A DNA stretch of 44,323 nt, the filler included, from Jimgerdemannia flammicorona (lineage: Eukaryota): assembly GCA_003990765.1 (NCBI GenBank). It is 2 parts of 2 records of this genome, joined end to end, with 100 filler letters (N's around TTAATTAATTAA, not from the genome) between each part and the next. Parts side by side here need not be neighbours in the genome. Positions count along the whole stretch, not along the records: positions 22,219 to 44,323 come from RBNJ01001335.1; 1 more part is not named here. One strand, written 5' to 3'. Positions 22,219 to 35,161 of the stretch are shown in pieces. Position 1 is the stretch's first letter; each line of letters begins with the position of its first letter. The position numbers and the translations under genes were made by a program. The notes under the pieces are model-generated. The model saw only the letters and a list, made by a program, of their open reading frames with translations. It did not search any database and was not told the origin of the DNA.

Positions 22219-25200
22219 CCCCCCCTCCTATCTCTTCTTGACAAAAGGCCACTTTGTCCAATACTATCTCTACCCTTCCACCACTCTGCTCACAGATCCT
22301 AGCCACTAAACCACAATATCATCCCCTCTGAGGACCCCAACCCACCCACCATCCAGTCAGCAGATCCCCAACAGCTTCCCCCACTGTAATATCTTCTTCT
22401 GCAGCTCTATCTACCACCTCTTCTCAAATATAAAAAGGCAATATCCAGCCAGTCCCACCCATACTACTAATATCCACTCTACAGTGAGCCAACTATCATC
22501 CATACTACTCACTAGCCAAGATCTCAAGTCCTCCCAGCAGCCTCTCTCCCCTGCTGGCCTTCACTCCATACCTAGTCTATATCCTATTTTTATCCAAAAG
22601 TCCCCCAAAACCTCACACTCTCCCAACCAATGTTCCAGCATCTATACTAGTCCCCCAGCTTACCCTACATTATAACACTCCTCACAATCGAAACAGCCAC
22701 TGTCCACCAGATACCCAGTATAGAAATTCAACATAACATTCCTCCTCAGCATTTGCCACCATATCACTCAGAACTTGGGAAGAAGCCACCTCTGTATCTC
22801 AGTACTCCAAGACCAGATATCTGCCCAGTCCCACTCCTTGCTGATCCCTGCTGCCTACCAGCCACTTGGCCAAAGATCCTGGCCAAGACCCTGCTGATAC
22901 TCCACTCTATCCCCAATATCAAACTCAGTAAGTGAAGCACCCCCCAGGAGCAGTCTATTCTATTGTCACATATCTGGCCCCCACATTACCTCCCCCTCAT
23001 TGCCTAGCCAGCATAGGCCAATTCAGTGTACTCCATCTACTACCCTCCACCAAAAGCCCTTAAACTGCAGCTGCTGAATTTCATTCAGCTCTACTAAAGA
23101 GAACAGATCTCCTGAGGACCCTCAAGGGGAGGTTCTCATCTCTCATACCTTCTGCAGCAGTGGCACCCAACTCTCTCCCTGCAGTTCAGTAGCTCTCTTC
23201 AATTATCAGGCATATAAGCAGTGTAACCTCTTAGGGAAATCCACAAGACCAAGACCTCCCCTGACCACTGATGTTGCAAGAGTATCTCAACTGATCTGGG
23301 ACCTCCTCTCTGCTCAAATCCAATCTCTAGCCACCTTCATCAGCCTCTTCACCACCCAAGCTGGGAAGTCTAGGTGATAGGCCACATACCATAGCTTGGG
23401 GAATCAGTAGACATTCAGAATTGACACCCACCCAACCAGAGAGATATGGTGGCCTCCCCAACCTTGAAGGGCCTCCCCCCAAATAGTTATCCTGCTCTCC
23501 CACCACACTCATGGTAAGACAGAACCATATACAGAAAGGAAGATGCTCAGATACCACACCAACTCACCAGTAGGGACAATTGTTCCAATGATATTTCCAC
23601 CCACTAGCCCATTTCCTAGCATCATTGTTTCACACTTATACTAGTTGAGCTTCACTCCAGAGTGAGCCTCATACTATTTCACTATCTCCTTAAGTGTCTT
23701 GACATCCACCACAGACCCAAGTCCAACCACTATGTCATCAGCAAAGGTCCCCACTTTCCACACTATACCATATATAGAGAGCCCTGCCACCTTTCAGTGA
23801 ATCCTATCCATCAAAGGCTCTAACAAAAGAGTATAGAGAATAAGGGACAGAGAGTCCCTCTGAGGAACTCTTCTTCTCAAGGAAAATGCCAGATCATAGT
23901 GACCATTATACATCAGTGCTACCCAACTACTCTTCAGTAGATTCAACATAGAAGTCGGAAATCTTGGGAGAATATCAATTCAATCCAACACCTTGCCCAG
24001 CCAAACCCACCATATACAGTCATAGGCCTTCTTCTGATCCAAAAAGACCAACCTTCTATTCAGTCCACAAGTCTGGACCCCTTCAATGACACCATGCACC
24101 CATGCAGTCTCATCTCTTATAAGTCTACTCCCAACAAAGCCCTGCTGCTCCTCTCCCAACATCTGTTGGGCAACTTTCTGCAGCCTTACGACAATCACCT
24201 TAGTCACCATCTTCCTGTCCATATCCAGAAGCATGATCAGTCTCCAATTCTTCCAGTCTTCTCTCCTCCCCTTGTCTTTATATAATAAGGCCACCAGCCT
24301 GAGGTCCTGCTCTCCAACCTACTCACCACTCTGAAGAACATGGTCACAGAGAGCAGCCATCTCACCCAAAACTTCAGGAACCTTTACCATCTTCTTTCAG
24401 AAGTCCCATGGTAACCCATCCTCTCCTGGTGCTGTTCCAAGCTTAGTTGCTGCAAGGACACTCTGGATCTCCTCTCCTTGCACCAGTAAGATCAAGTCAC
24501 CCAGTCCTGCTACTTATGGCAGCCCCCACTCCTCTAGTGTATCTTCAATTACCTCCTTATCAGCACCTCCTTTCCCCTCACTCTACAAACCCTACCATCT
24601 CTCCTTCAAAACTCCTAAGATTTGTTGCATGCTATGCACCATGTCTCTCTCAGCATCTAAGACCCCATCCCACTGATGTCATACCCTCCTAGCTTTGAGG
24701 AGTCTTGACAAGTACCTAGTAGGCTGCTCACCCTCCTCAAGCCTCTGCCACCATAGCCTGGCAGCCATTCCTCACATATGAGTCTCTTCCTCTTCTCTCA
24801 ACACCTATTGCAGTTCTACTATCTCTAATTTTACCTGCTCTATCCTCCAATCCTCCACCCCATCAGAAGTAAGCAAATCCACCCAATCCATTTGCAGTCT
24901 CCTCAGCCTGCTGGAAGTATACCTTGTGCACTTTCTTCTCTGTCTCCCAGCTTCTCTACCAGTACCTCCCCAATAGACTCTCACAGCCTCTTTCAATCTT
25001 ATCCAATGGACACCTATAGACAAACCCTCATACCTCCAGATAAAAATCTTCACCTAAATGTCCTCTACCCATGAGTCCCACAACTCCTTCTCAGCTAGCA
25101 GAGAGGAGTTAAGGCACCAATGTCTGGATCCATCTCCACTCCTTCCAAACTATCTCTGCCCCAACAGTCCCCAGTGGTCAGACCATGGGCACCACCCTAC

Positions 25201-25320
25201 CTTTCAAACATCTGAACCCCAATACTCAGTCATCAGAATCTAGTCAATCCTTGTACCCAAGCCATTCACCCAATATGTGTAGACCCTAGTATTGCTCCAC
25301 TATATTCTGCCCATATCTAG
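22219..25320 (-). mobile_element. 5'-truncated LINE subfamily A (APE C-terminus, RT, C-terminal domain), 3' end lost at the gap
   Basis: PWSDHWG (~25180), LLYKDKGRREDWKNWR, LDQKKAYD and TFADD (~23740). Confidence 0.93.
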
Positions 25321-25566
25321 ATTAACCATATCTCAATAAGAGTTATACATATAGGATTATTTTCACCAAGGTATACAACTGAGGTATGCTGACTTCTATT
25401 ATCATTTTTACAACCAAAAATCCATATTAATGTAAATAAATATATTGAGCATATTCTCAAGTTCCTGAGGCAATACTTATATTAATAGTTTGATACAGAT
25501 TTATGAAAAAATTACATTATAATAATATCTTTTGTGAAAGGTAAGAAATTTTAGTGAAAATTGATG

Positions 25567-25937
25567 GTAGTCATATAGCAATTGTACTATTCACTAATAA
25601 AAAGAAAAAAAATATATGAAATCCAGTTATATATTTATATATATCATAATGTCTTCATAAGTTTATTATGTGAAGAAATCTATAGAATTCAGCAAAATAT
25701 ATATAAATATTATATAACTATAGCTTAAAAGATTGAGATGTACCAATTTCATATATAAAGAACAAAGTACAAAGAGCAATAAATTTTGGTGTAGTCATAT
25801 AGTAATTGTGCTATTCACTGATAAAAATATCATAATATCTTCATGAGTTTATATTATAGAGAAATCTATAGAATTCAGCAAAAATATATATAAATACTAT
25901 ATAACTATAGCTTAAAAGGTTGAAATGTGCTAATTTC
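25567..25937. repeat. Imperfect AT-rich direct repeat (25567-25750 and 25791-25937)
   Basis: Both units begin GTAGTCATATAG(C/T)AATTGT and share GAAATCTATAGAATTCAGCAAAA...ATAACTATAGCTTAAAAG. Confidence 0.85.
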
Positions 25938-26274
25938 TGATCATGGCTATATAATTTAGTCCTAAGTAATAATTTAAGAAGCTTGAGATCCATTAAGAGA
26001 CTCAATATATATATATTATATTAATCTTATTATAGATTAATAAGCAGTCTGGCTCAACATATATATCATTAAATTACTTATATTATTGTCTCAGTATATA
26101 ATAAATAGTGCCAGTAAGCTCAGTACATATATAGTCTAATATATAGTAAACTCAACACATTTTTTTTTTTTTTTTTTATAGTCACATGGACTCCTTTATT
26201 ATGAACTATCTAATATAATAACCACAAACCCCAATACACAACTAATACCATATAATATACATAAGTAGTATACT

Positions 26275-29200
26275 TCAGCCAACTCCTGCCTTCCATCTTA
26301 CCCCACGATCATCTAATACTGGATACCCTCGGCTCTGCTGGACAATGTCCTGTACCTTCTTTAGGACCCTAGGTCGAAGTTGCTTCCCCTGATACCACCA
26401 CCCCTGAACCACCTCCTGGAGAAGCCACCTCCACCACTCCACCATTTCTCCAATTCCCATCCACGGGTCCTGTTTGAAAATCCACTGCCAATATACTGCC
26501 ATCAAGACCCAGACCCCCAATACTTGACCAAGGCCCCCCCATATGTCACCAATCTCCCCTATCAGTCAGTGCTTGACCACCAGACTGATTGGATCCTCTG
26601 CCCTATACCCTGCTGGGTCCCAGTACCCCTCCAAACTCTGCCAAAATCCTTCCATATCTGGGCAAGCCCCCAGGACATGTTCAGGCATCTGAACAACCCC
26701 GCCATCCACCTCATTACACCACTCACAGTCCTGATAGCCATCAATCTCCATCCAGCCCATCCGGTAGCTCAGCATCACATTACGTCTCAGGAATCGCCAC
26801 CAAACTACCCAATACTTGGGTGGTACCATCTTGCATATAGAGTCTCCCCAATTCCAAATTTGACCCCACTCCCAGTCTTCGCCAAAGCCAGCTCTCTGCC
26901 AACCAGGCAGCCATCTCTCTAGAGGGCCAGACCTGATCCACTCCATTGCCTCAATCAGAGAGTACTCCTTCAGACTGTGGCCACCTATGTGAAGGTCTCC
27001 CAGCCACCACCATTGCTGCTCAGGGTTCTCGTCCACCTCTATCTCTGGGCCTGTCAACCCCATGGCCAGCCAGGCCTCTACAATGCCCCACCAGAACCCC
27101 TTAAACCACAGTCTACCTACATTTCCAACCTGCAGCAAACCCTGCATATCCTTCCAAACCTCACCACAAGGGCAGAACCTGACCTCCCAATTGTCCATAG
27201 CCAGCCTGCCCCAACCTTTCTCACCTAGTTCCTTCAGTCAGCACCCCCACCAGCCCCAAAGTACCTTCAGTTGCTGCTTGAAATCCACCAGCCCCAGGCC
27301 TCCATCAGAAACCCTCATCACCAAAGTCTCCCACCCAATCTGCAGGCGCCTCCCCCGCCATAACCACCCTTCTACAATCTTCTTCAGCCACTGCACCACC
27401 CACCCTGAAAATCTAGATGATAACCCAGATACCACAGCTTGGGCAGCCAATACACATTCAAGACCACAATCCTGCCAACTAATGAGAAGCTCCTTCCCAA
27501 CCATCCTGTCAGCACACCTTCCAGCTTCTGAACCAATCCACCCCACCACTCTCTTGATAGGACCATCCCATACACCAAAAACCAGATACCCAAATAACAA
27601 ACAGCACTCTCTATAGCTACCAATTGTCCAAATTGTCCATATCCCCCAGGCCAGCACCAAGTTCCATAGTCTCACACTTTCCCCAGTTCAACTTTGCTCC
27701 TGCCAGCCTCTCATACTGTCTGACCCCTTCTTGTAGGACTTCAGCATCCTCCCAGCTACCCAACCCTACCACCATGTCATCTGCAAAGGCACCCAACCGC
27801 CAGACCACATCTCTCATCCACAGACCAGAGAGCCACCCCTTCAGCCACACCAACAGAGGCTCCAGAGAAAGTACATAAAGAAGAGGAGAGAAGGGATCCC
27901 CTTGTGGTACCCCTCACCCCAAGGCAAACTCTGGTCCACACCATCCATTCATCATTACCACTGCTCAGCATCCCCTTACCAGGCCCATCAGTCGCCCTGC
28001 CTCTACTACACCAAACCCTACCCTCCTCAGAACCGCCTCCAAATAACTCTACTGCACTCTGTCATAGGCCTTCTCTTGATCCAGAAAGACCATCTGACCA
28101 TCTACCTGCTGGCTCCTACAGCCCTCTAAGACATTCTGCACCCAAGCAGTACTATCTCTAATCTGCCTCCCCTTGACAAAGTCTCGCATCCTCTCTGCCA
28201 GAATCTTCAAAACTAGCTTTCTATCTACATTCAGCAGCATGATAGGTTGCCAGTTATGCCACACCTGTCGATCACCCTTTTCCTTGTAAAGAAGAGAGAC
28301 TAGCCCCAAGGAACTATTTCCAATCCAGCTGCCCTCCTTCAGAACTGCATTGGCCATCTCTACCAATCAGTCACCAAACTCTGACTTAAACTCCTTCCAG
28401 AATTCCCAGGGCAGCCCATCCTCCCCCAGAGATGAACCAGTCTGTATCTTCCTCAGTGCTTCCAATACTTCATCTAGAGATACCTCTCCTATGACCGCCT
28501 CTCCTATCTCAGGTATCGCAGTTACTGGCCAATTGATCACCATATTGTTGTCATCCTCTCCAAATCCTGTATCCTCAGCATGCTCTCCACCATCCTGCCA
28601 AAGAGCTTGCCATTGACCAGACACCTCCCCTAATATGTCTGCAATCCCTGAGACCTCTACTCTATCTTCTCGCAAAACTGAGGCCCAACTGTATCACACC
28701 CTCCTAGCCTTCAAAACTCCAGACAGATATCTTGTTGGCCTCTCTCCTTCCTCTAGTCACCTGGACCGCAACCTGGCCAGCAGGCCATCTACCACCCTAG
28801 TCTCAGACACCCTTAAATCCACCTGTAGCTCTGCCACCTCTAATGCCAATCAGTGGCGCACCTCTCCAGACAGGTCCCCCATTTCCAAAAGCTTCAACTG
28901 CCATCGCAGCCCCTTCTCTACCCTTCTCTCCTTGTCCTTCTGTTCCTTTCCAGCCACTTCTCCGACATCCTGCCAGTAAGCCCCAGCCAGATGTTTGAAT
29001 TTACCCCACCATTCTGCTATCAACTGTCCTTCATTGCACCATTGCCCAACTTCCTGTCTCACCACTGCCACAAAATTATCCCTCTCTGTTTTCCTCTTGA
29101 GAAGGGCCACATTGAGGTGCCAGCACCCTCCACCACTGCCTGCTGCTTGAAATCTACTGCAAACCTCCACACCCCAATGATCAGACCACGGACACCAGCA

Positions 29201-29869
29201 CACCTCGGCAGTATCCAGTACATTGCCCCAGCACTCCGCCACTAGCACCCAATCAATTTGTGTCCTAACCAATACTGTTCCAACTGGGTGCCACCAAGTG
29301 AAAGGTCCTAGCTTGTCCCCCTGACATTGACAAACACCATCTACCAAGCCCATGTCATGCTCCACCTGAAGCCATTGTGAAAGTCCAGAGGAAACCGCGA
29401 CTCCTGCCCCACCATCAGATCTATCTAGTGTTCGATCATATACCATATTGAAGTCCCCCCCCAAAATGTCCAAAGCAATCTCCTCCCACCCATCCCATGC
29501 CTACCATCTTTCAACCCATTGCTTTCGCTCTCTGCCAACTGCAGGGAGGTAAACTGAGCCAACCATCAACCCGTCACCTGCCCCTCCTGTAATCCTTCCC
29601 CAAATCAGTCTGTCACCATAGATCTCAACCTCCACCAACTCGCCTTTGCCCACACCAACCAAAATGCCCACCTGCTTATTCCAGCCAGCTCCACCATACC
29701 ATTCTTTACTCCATATCTCATAATCTGACTCGCCATAAGCCCGAATATCCTGAAGAAACACCACATCATACCTCCTGACTTTAAGCCATCTGAACAGCCA
29801 CTGTCATTTAACACTGTCCCACAATCTATTGACATTGATCGACAAAATACGTAGATTGTTCTTCATCAT
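26275..29869 (-). pseudogene. Subfamily B ORF2 (APE-RT-Cys/His), disrupted
   Basis: MMKNNLRILSINVN start, then FLQDIR, GGDFN, IDWVLV, WSDH, LDQEKAYDRV, AFADDM and CEWC...EHVLGAC. Confidence 0.93.
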
Positions 29870-29881
29870 AAAGGAATTTGT

Positions 29882-31749
29882 TTAAAGCTCAGCTAGAACT
29901 GCCACTACCTTCTCAGCTCTTCCACAGACAATCTCTTGCTGGTCCTCACAAATTGCCCTCCAGATACAGTCACCATTTGCACTGCTGCAGAAAAGGTCCA
30001 CTCTTTCAGTCACCACCTTTCTGATGTCGGCCATTCGGCTCTCATCCACATCATATCCTTCATCATCCAGAAGGGCGGCCACCATTGCCATCACCAGCTT
30101 AGGCCCTTGCATTGCTATATTGAGAAATCCTTTCCATGCCTCCTGAGATCCATGAAACACGTCCACTTCCTTGATGTCTTCCTCCGCCAGCTCCTCAAGC
30201 ACCACCTGGTACCAGCTCTCTGCCATCATCACCAGGGGCCCAGGGTCGAGGGCCTGGGGGTCCTGCTCAGTTCTTGCAGTTGCTCTCTATCAGCTGACAC
30301 ATTAGAAGCCACATCCACCAGCTCATCCTCCTCTACAACTTTCTCCAAATGAATTACTTCACCCGCTTCTGGGCACTCCCAATGGACATTCGCTGCCCCA
30401 GCCATATGGGTGTCCTCCACCTGAGTCTCCAGCACCACTTCGTCATCTACCTCAAAGCCTCCCTCACCAACCTCCTCCTTATCCACCCACTTTTCTCTCA
30501 CCGGTGCATGTGCTGAGTCCTCTACACCACTCAGCTGGGAGAGGGAAACCTCTGCTGCCTCCACTCCTTCCATCTGATTCTTGGCGGCCTCTGCTCTCGC
30601 CTCCTCTTCCACTGCCACCCCTTGGAGGGCTGTCTGCAGATGCTCCTAATTCCCTTTCCTCCATCTCTTCTGCTTACCATCCGCTTGAATCCAGACCCAA
30701 TCCTTGGCATACTCCTCCCACTTCCTCTTCTGCAGTTCCTTGGCAACCTCCCGCTCCTCCAGAGCAATTGCCAACTCTTCCTCCTCCTGTTCCGCTCCCT
30801 TCCTCCTCCAGACCTTGCACTCTTGTCCTCCAATCCGGATCCCTTCAGGCCAATCATGGCCCAGCCCCATCGCCTCTTTGCCTTCCAGCTGCAGCATCAC
30901 CTCACAGTTGCCATTCCTTAACTTGGTACTCTCCCAGAACATGAACCTGAAGTCCACCATCTTGCCATATCCACCCAGTGCCTCAACCACCATCTCCTTG
31001 GTCCCCTGTCTGCCCAGGGTTGGCAATCCTTCCACCACCAGCCAAACTGCATGCGGATTCCACCTCAGACACCTCACCATCCCAATCTTAACACCCTTGA
31101 TGGTCATCCCTTTCTCCAACACCTTCACCATCACATCCTCCTCCACAAAGCCAATCTCCACCGCCTCTGCCAAAGGGATGAACTTCAGAGACTCCGCCCC
31201 AGCCACTTCCTCCCCCACCATCCTCAGAACCTCCCTCACTGACATTGCCAATTCCAGGAAGTTCACCGAGATCACCCACATTGACACCGATTTATGGAAG
31301 AAAGGCCTCACTATCAGCTCGCCAGTCCCAGCCGCTAGAGTCACCTTTCCCTTAGCCCCTGACACACCTGTAGTTGTCCCCCCAGGTATAGCTGCACCAC
31401 CAGCAGTCCTCTCCCCAGCTACCTGCCCAGCCATAGAAGAACCAGTCCCCCTCGTCACACCATCAGACCCTTGTCCCCTGCCAGCCATCTGACCCATCAC
31501 CTGACTCATCACCTGACCCCTCCCTCTGTCAACACTATGCCCCCCCTGTCTCATCTCCATAGGCCTAGTGGCAGCCCTCCTATTTCCTACCACCGTTCAC
31601 TAGGTCTCAATCCCACCAGTCCTCCCCTGTCCCCCAGTCCCTCCTGCATCCACTCCAGCCCCTGCAGCAGCTGCAAAACTCTTGGGAATACCCAGACCAG
31701 GCCTCCTCCTCTCTAGACGCTCAGAGCTAGAAGAATCTTGACTAGCCAT
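29882..31749 (-). pseudogene. Subfamily B ORF1, disrupted
   Basis: Starts caacATG-ASQD at 31749. Segments 31593-30646, 30618-30229 and 30232-29882 are homologous to ORF1 at 3419-5137. 12-nt spacer to ORF2. Confidence 0.85.
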
Positions 31750-32319
31750 GTTGCTAAAACTTGACAGTTTTCCTTGAAACTTATTGTGCCTTGTAGGTAG
31801 ACTCCCGCCATACAATGTACACCAGTATGTTCGAAATAAAAACTTGAAAACGTGTTGTCTTTCGCTGAAAGATGTCTGTGTGGCTTAGCTCTCTCTGAAT
31901 GGTTCAAGCAAAAGAGTCCCATAAACTCAACACATGTATGGTAAGCTTATATTGATAAGCAATATATATCTGGTCAAGCTTTCATCAATATATTATTAAT
32001 GAGAATTATTTGCTTATATTATAGCCAGTATACATAGTAAGCTCAATATATATATAATAAGTTTATGTTGATAAGCAGTACATATCTGGTTAAGATCAAT
32101 ATATCATTAATGAGAATTAATTACTTATATTATAGCTAGCATATATAGTAAGCTCAGTATAGTATATATAGTAAGTCTAATATATATATAGTAAGTATAT
32201 ATAGCAAGCATATATATATAATAAGCTCAGCACATATGTATATAGTAAGTATATATTGATAAACAGCACATATTTGCTTATTGATATAAAAGCACCCCTT
32301 CTACTCTCTCTACTTTTCC

Positions 32320-32445
32320 ATTCTTATACTCACTTATACTTATACAATCATTACTATATCATACTCATACTCATCACTTATACTTATGCTCATCACTTAT
32401 ACTCATACTTATGCTCATTACTCATACTCATACTCATCACTTACT
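32320..32445. repeat. Degenerate hexamer repeat (CTCATA/CTTATA)n
   Basis: Visible runs such as ttatactcacttatacttatac and catactcatactcatcacttatacttatgctcatc. Confidence 0.8.
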
Positions 32446-32459
32446 GCTATAATATATAA

Positions 32460-32860
32460 GCCAAACTGTTAAAATCCACTCAATCCACCCTCTCACCCAT
32501 ACTTACTATTTAATAATACAATATCTAATCAAGCTCAAGATACACCCTCTATGATCTGCCATACTAAACTTTTTGGGAAATGCAAAATCAAACTCAAAGA
32601 TATATATTTCAATCAGGAGAGAACAACCAAGCTTGAGCTTCTCAGATATATAATTGTTGTTAATATGTGACCAAATAAGGAGGAATAAGAAGATACTCTT
32701 AAGAAGATATCTGAATGTATAGGTTTTAACTTGGAAGTGATAATTGTGAAATATGGTAAGATATATATTAAATTACTACTATATATTTATCTCTTTTTTA
32801 TTTTATCTAATTATTTTTTATCTATAGATCATAGTTTGACTAAGAAATATGAGAAGATAG
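32460..32860 (+). pseudogene. Decayed spliced gene fragment of unknown type; a low-complexity tail appears to continue at 34551-35160 and 41074-41260
   Basis: Intron-like GTAAG (32756)...CTAAT (32807)...TAG (32827) with coding-like flanks. The TSDs of later insertions join these pieces together. Confidence 0.35.
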
Positions 32861-34550
32861 GTCCTTGCTTTCAGTACTTAGAGTAGTTTGAAAGATTAGA
32901 ATCTTTGCAAATGATATAGTGGTTAGACTTAGTATTATTATTAATATAAGTATACTGAGAGAGATTGTGGAATAGTATAAGAAGTACTCTGAGACAAAAC
33001 TCAACTAATATAAGTATGAGACAATAGTATTAAGAAATAATATAAGAGGTAGAGATATTATTGGAATTATTGTCTTTACAAGAGAGGCTGTAAGATATCT
33101 TGATATTTTTTTATTAGTATATAGATCTATCTTGTCTAGAAGTTGATAGAAAAGAAAGATAGTGAAATGGAGAAATGTCCTTCAAAGTTAGAAGGAATAT
33201 CTTATTTCTCTTACTAGATATGTATTAATCTTTAATATTTACTGATTGTCTAAGCTGTAATATCTGATATATTACTTGAATTTTCTAGCTTAGGTGGTAA
33301 AGTAGCTATTAAGAATAGCTAAGAACTAGATCTAGACTAAAAAGTAGAGTCAGATTAATTGGAAGGTCTTAGCAATATCAGTAGATAGAAGAGATCTTAG
33401 TCTGATGGACTTTCTAAAATAATTGTACTGTCTGAGAACTTAGTGGTTAAAAAAGACCATTGAGCTATAGAGCAGTAAGTGAGTACTACTGATACAGAAA
33501 GTTTAAGAACAAGGTTCTCTCCTAGAGACTCTTTAGGTAATTTACTATTATTGGTTGAACTGGATAGTAGTTGATATTTATGATATAAGGAATTCTAATA
33601 GAGAGTAGTAGATAGTACTCATTATATTAAACTATATTAGTATAATAATGAGAGAGAGATATATTGAGGTTCAGTAATATAGCAGTAAGACAGACTACTA
33701 TTGGGTAACTCCTTATTAGTAGACTTTGATATTGGTATAAATATAGAGTACCAATAAGGAGTGAAGCAGAATCTGTAGCTAGTTAGCTAACAGATAGCAG
33801 AGATTGATAAGAAGTAAAACTAAACTGATATCTGGTCTTAGTATACTGATATATAGAGATAATTTTCTTCAAAGTTCTGAGTAGTATAGTAGTATATATT
33901 AAGAAGAAATATTATGTTGAACTTTTGCTCAAATTATTTAATTAATGGGAGAATCTTTGATTATGAAGAGTATTTTAATATAAAGTAAGAGAAATATTTT
34001 ATATAGATATTAGAATATTAGCTAAGTAAGTATAAGATATTTAGAGACTTCTGGGTAATAGTTGGAGGTTGTCTGAGAGTAGAGAAATAGAGAGGTTGAT
34101 GAGATAACTTGAAGAAATATTTAGTAGAGTGTGTTAGTAATAAATAGCTTACTCTTAAGTGAGTATTAGTAGTATAAATAGGGTTAATAAGATATTAGAT
34201 ATATATATTCAAGGAGAGAAGATAGATGAGCTTAGTGAAGAGAATAGTAAGATGAGAAAAGTTGATAATAGATATTATATTTGGCTGATGAAAGGAGTGG
34301 GGCCTCTAGAGTAGTCATTATTACTACTTAGTAGAGGAGATTTGTAAGAGGAATAGTGGGAGGATTGAAGTAATTAATGATCTAATACTGTTTAATTATG
34401 AAAAGATAGAGGGTAAGTTCTCTAAAGAAATTAGATAGAGAGTAGAGATACTGTATATATATTATATTAATATAGATTGATTTAGTAATAAATGTAGAAG
34501 TTTATATAAAAGTAAAATAAAATAAAAATAAAATAAAATAAAAAAATAAA
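32861..34550 (+). mobile_element. Old, extremely AT-decayed 5'-truncated LINE subfamily A
   Basis: Begins just before a decayed WKVGAFADDMVVGL (tgaaagattagaatctttgcaaatgatatagtggtt) and is colinear with 20580-22100. (TAAAA)n tail at ~34510-34550. TSD GAGAAGATAG at 32851-32860 and 34551-34560. Confidence 0.85.
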
Positions 34551-34693
34551 GAGAAGATAGTTAAGAAAAATCTTAGTAATAATAATAATAAAATTGTAAT
34601 AAAGTAATAAAGAGAGATTAGCAAAGATAATAAAAGATTAATAAATATAGTAAAGAAGATCTTGATAAAGATAGTAAATAAGATAATAATGAT

Positions 34694-35020
34694 TAATATT
34701 TAAATTAAATTAATTTAATTTAATTAAGGTCTAATTTAATTTAAGTTTTAATTTAAGTCTTAATTTTTAAAATTAAATAACTTGAAGAAAATATATCTAA
34801 ATTTAATAAAATTTAGCTTACATATTAGATATATATTATCTAGAAGAATCTAACTTAATATACATTATTAAATTTAGATATATTTTGATTAAGTTTTAAA
34901 TTTCAAAATTTGACTTTTAATTTTAAATTGAGTTGATCTCAATTCAATTTGAATTTAATTTAAATTGAAAAAGTCTCAATTTAACTTAATCTAAGTTAAT
35001 TTGATTTATTTAGAGTATTA
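34694..35020. mobile_element. Probable decayed MITE (hAT-like)
   Basis: Imperfect TIRs (TAATATTTAAATTAAATTAA vs the reverse complement of the right end, TAATACTCTAAATAAATCAAATTAA). Perfect internal 22-bp inverted repeat at 34788-34809 / 34865-34886. Flanking 8-mers ATAATGAT and ATTACAAT. Confidence 0.45.
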
Positions 35021-35161
35021 ATTACAATAAATAAAATAATAATAGTAAAGAAAAAAATAACAAAAAGATATCAGTAAGAATAGTAAAAGAAAATCAGTAA
35101 AGACAGCAAAGAGAGATTAGTAAAGATAGTTAAGAGAAGACAGTAAAGAGAGATTTGATAA

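Larger units (their letters stand above)
26161..31921 (-). mobile_element. Full-length L1/Tx1-clade LINE, divergent subfamily B (~5.76 kb)
   Basis: Poly(A) at 26161-26177 (minus strand) after AATAAA and GTGACTATA. 14-bp TSD TAAACTCAACACAT at 26147-26160 and 31922-31935. ORF1 and ORF2 remnants present. Confidence 0.95.
25960..32290. repeat. Degenerate AT-rich tandem repeat (25960-26160 and 31922-32290) split by the subfamily B LINE
   Basis: Recurring TAGTAAGCTCARYAYATATA and TTGATAAGCARTAYATATCTGG units on both flanks of the LINE. Confidence 0.65.

Noticed and set aside
19702..25320. Large inverted repeat formed by two LINEs
   Set aside because: It spans the artificial linker, so adjacency is unproven.
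31922..32445. CRISPR-like or telomeric array
   Set aside because: Units are degenerate and lack unique constant-length spacers; there are no cas genes and no TTAGGG-type repeat.
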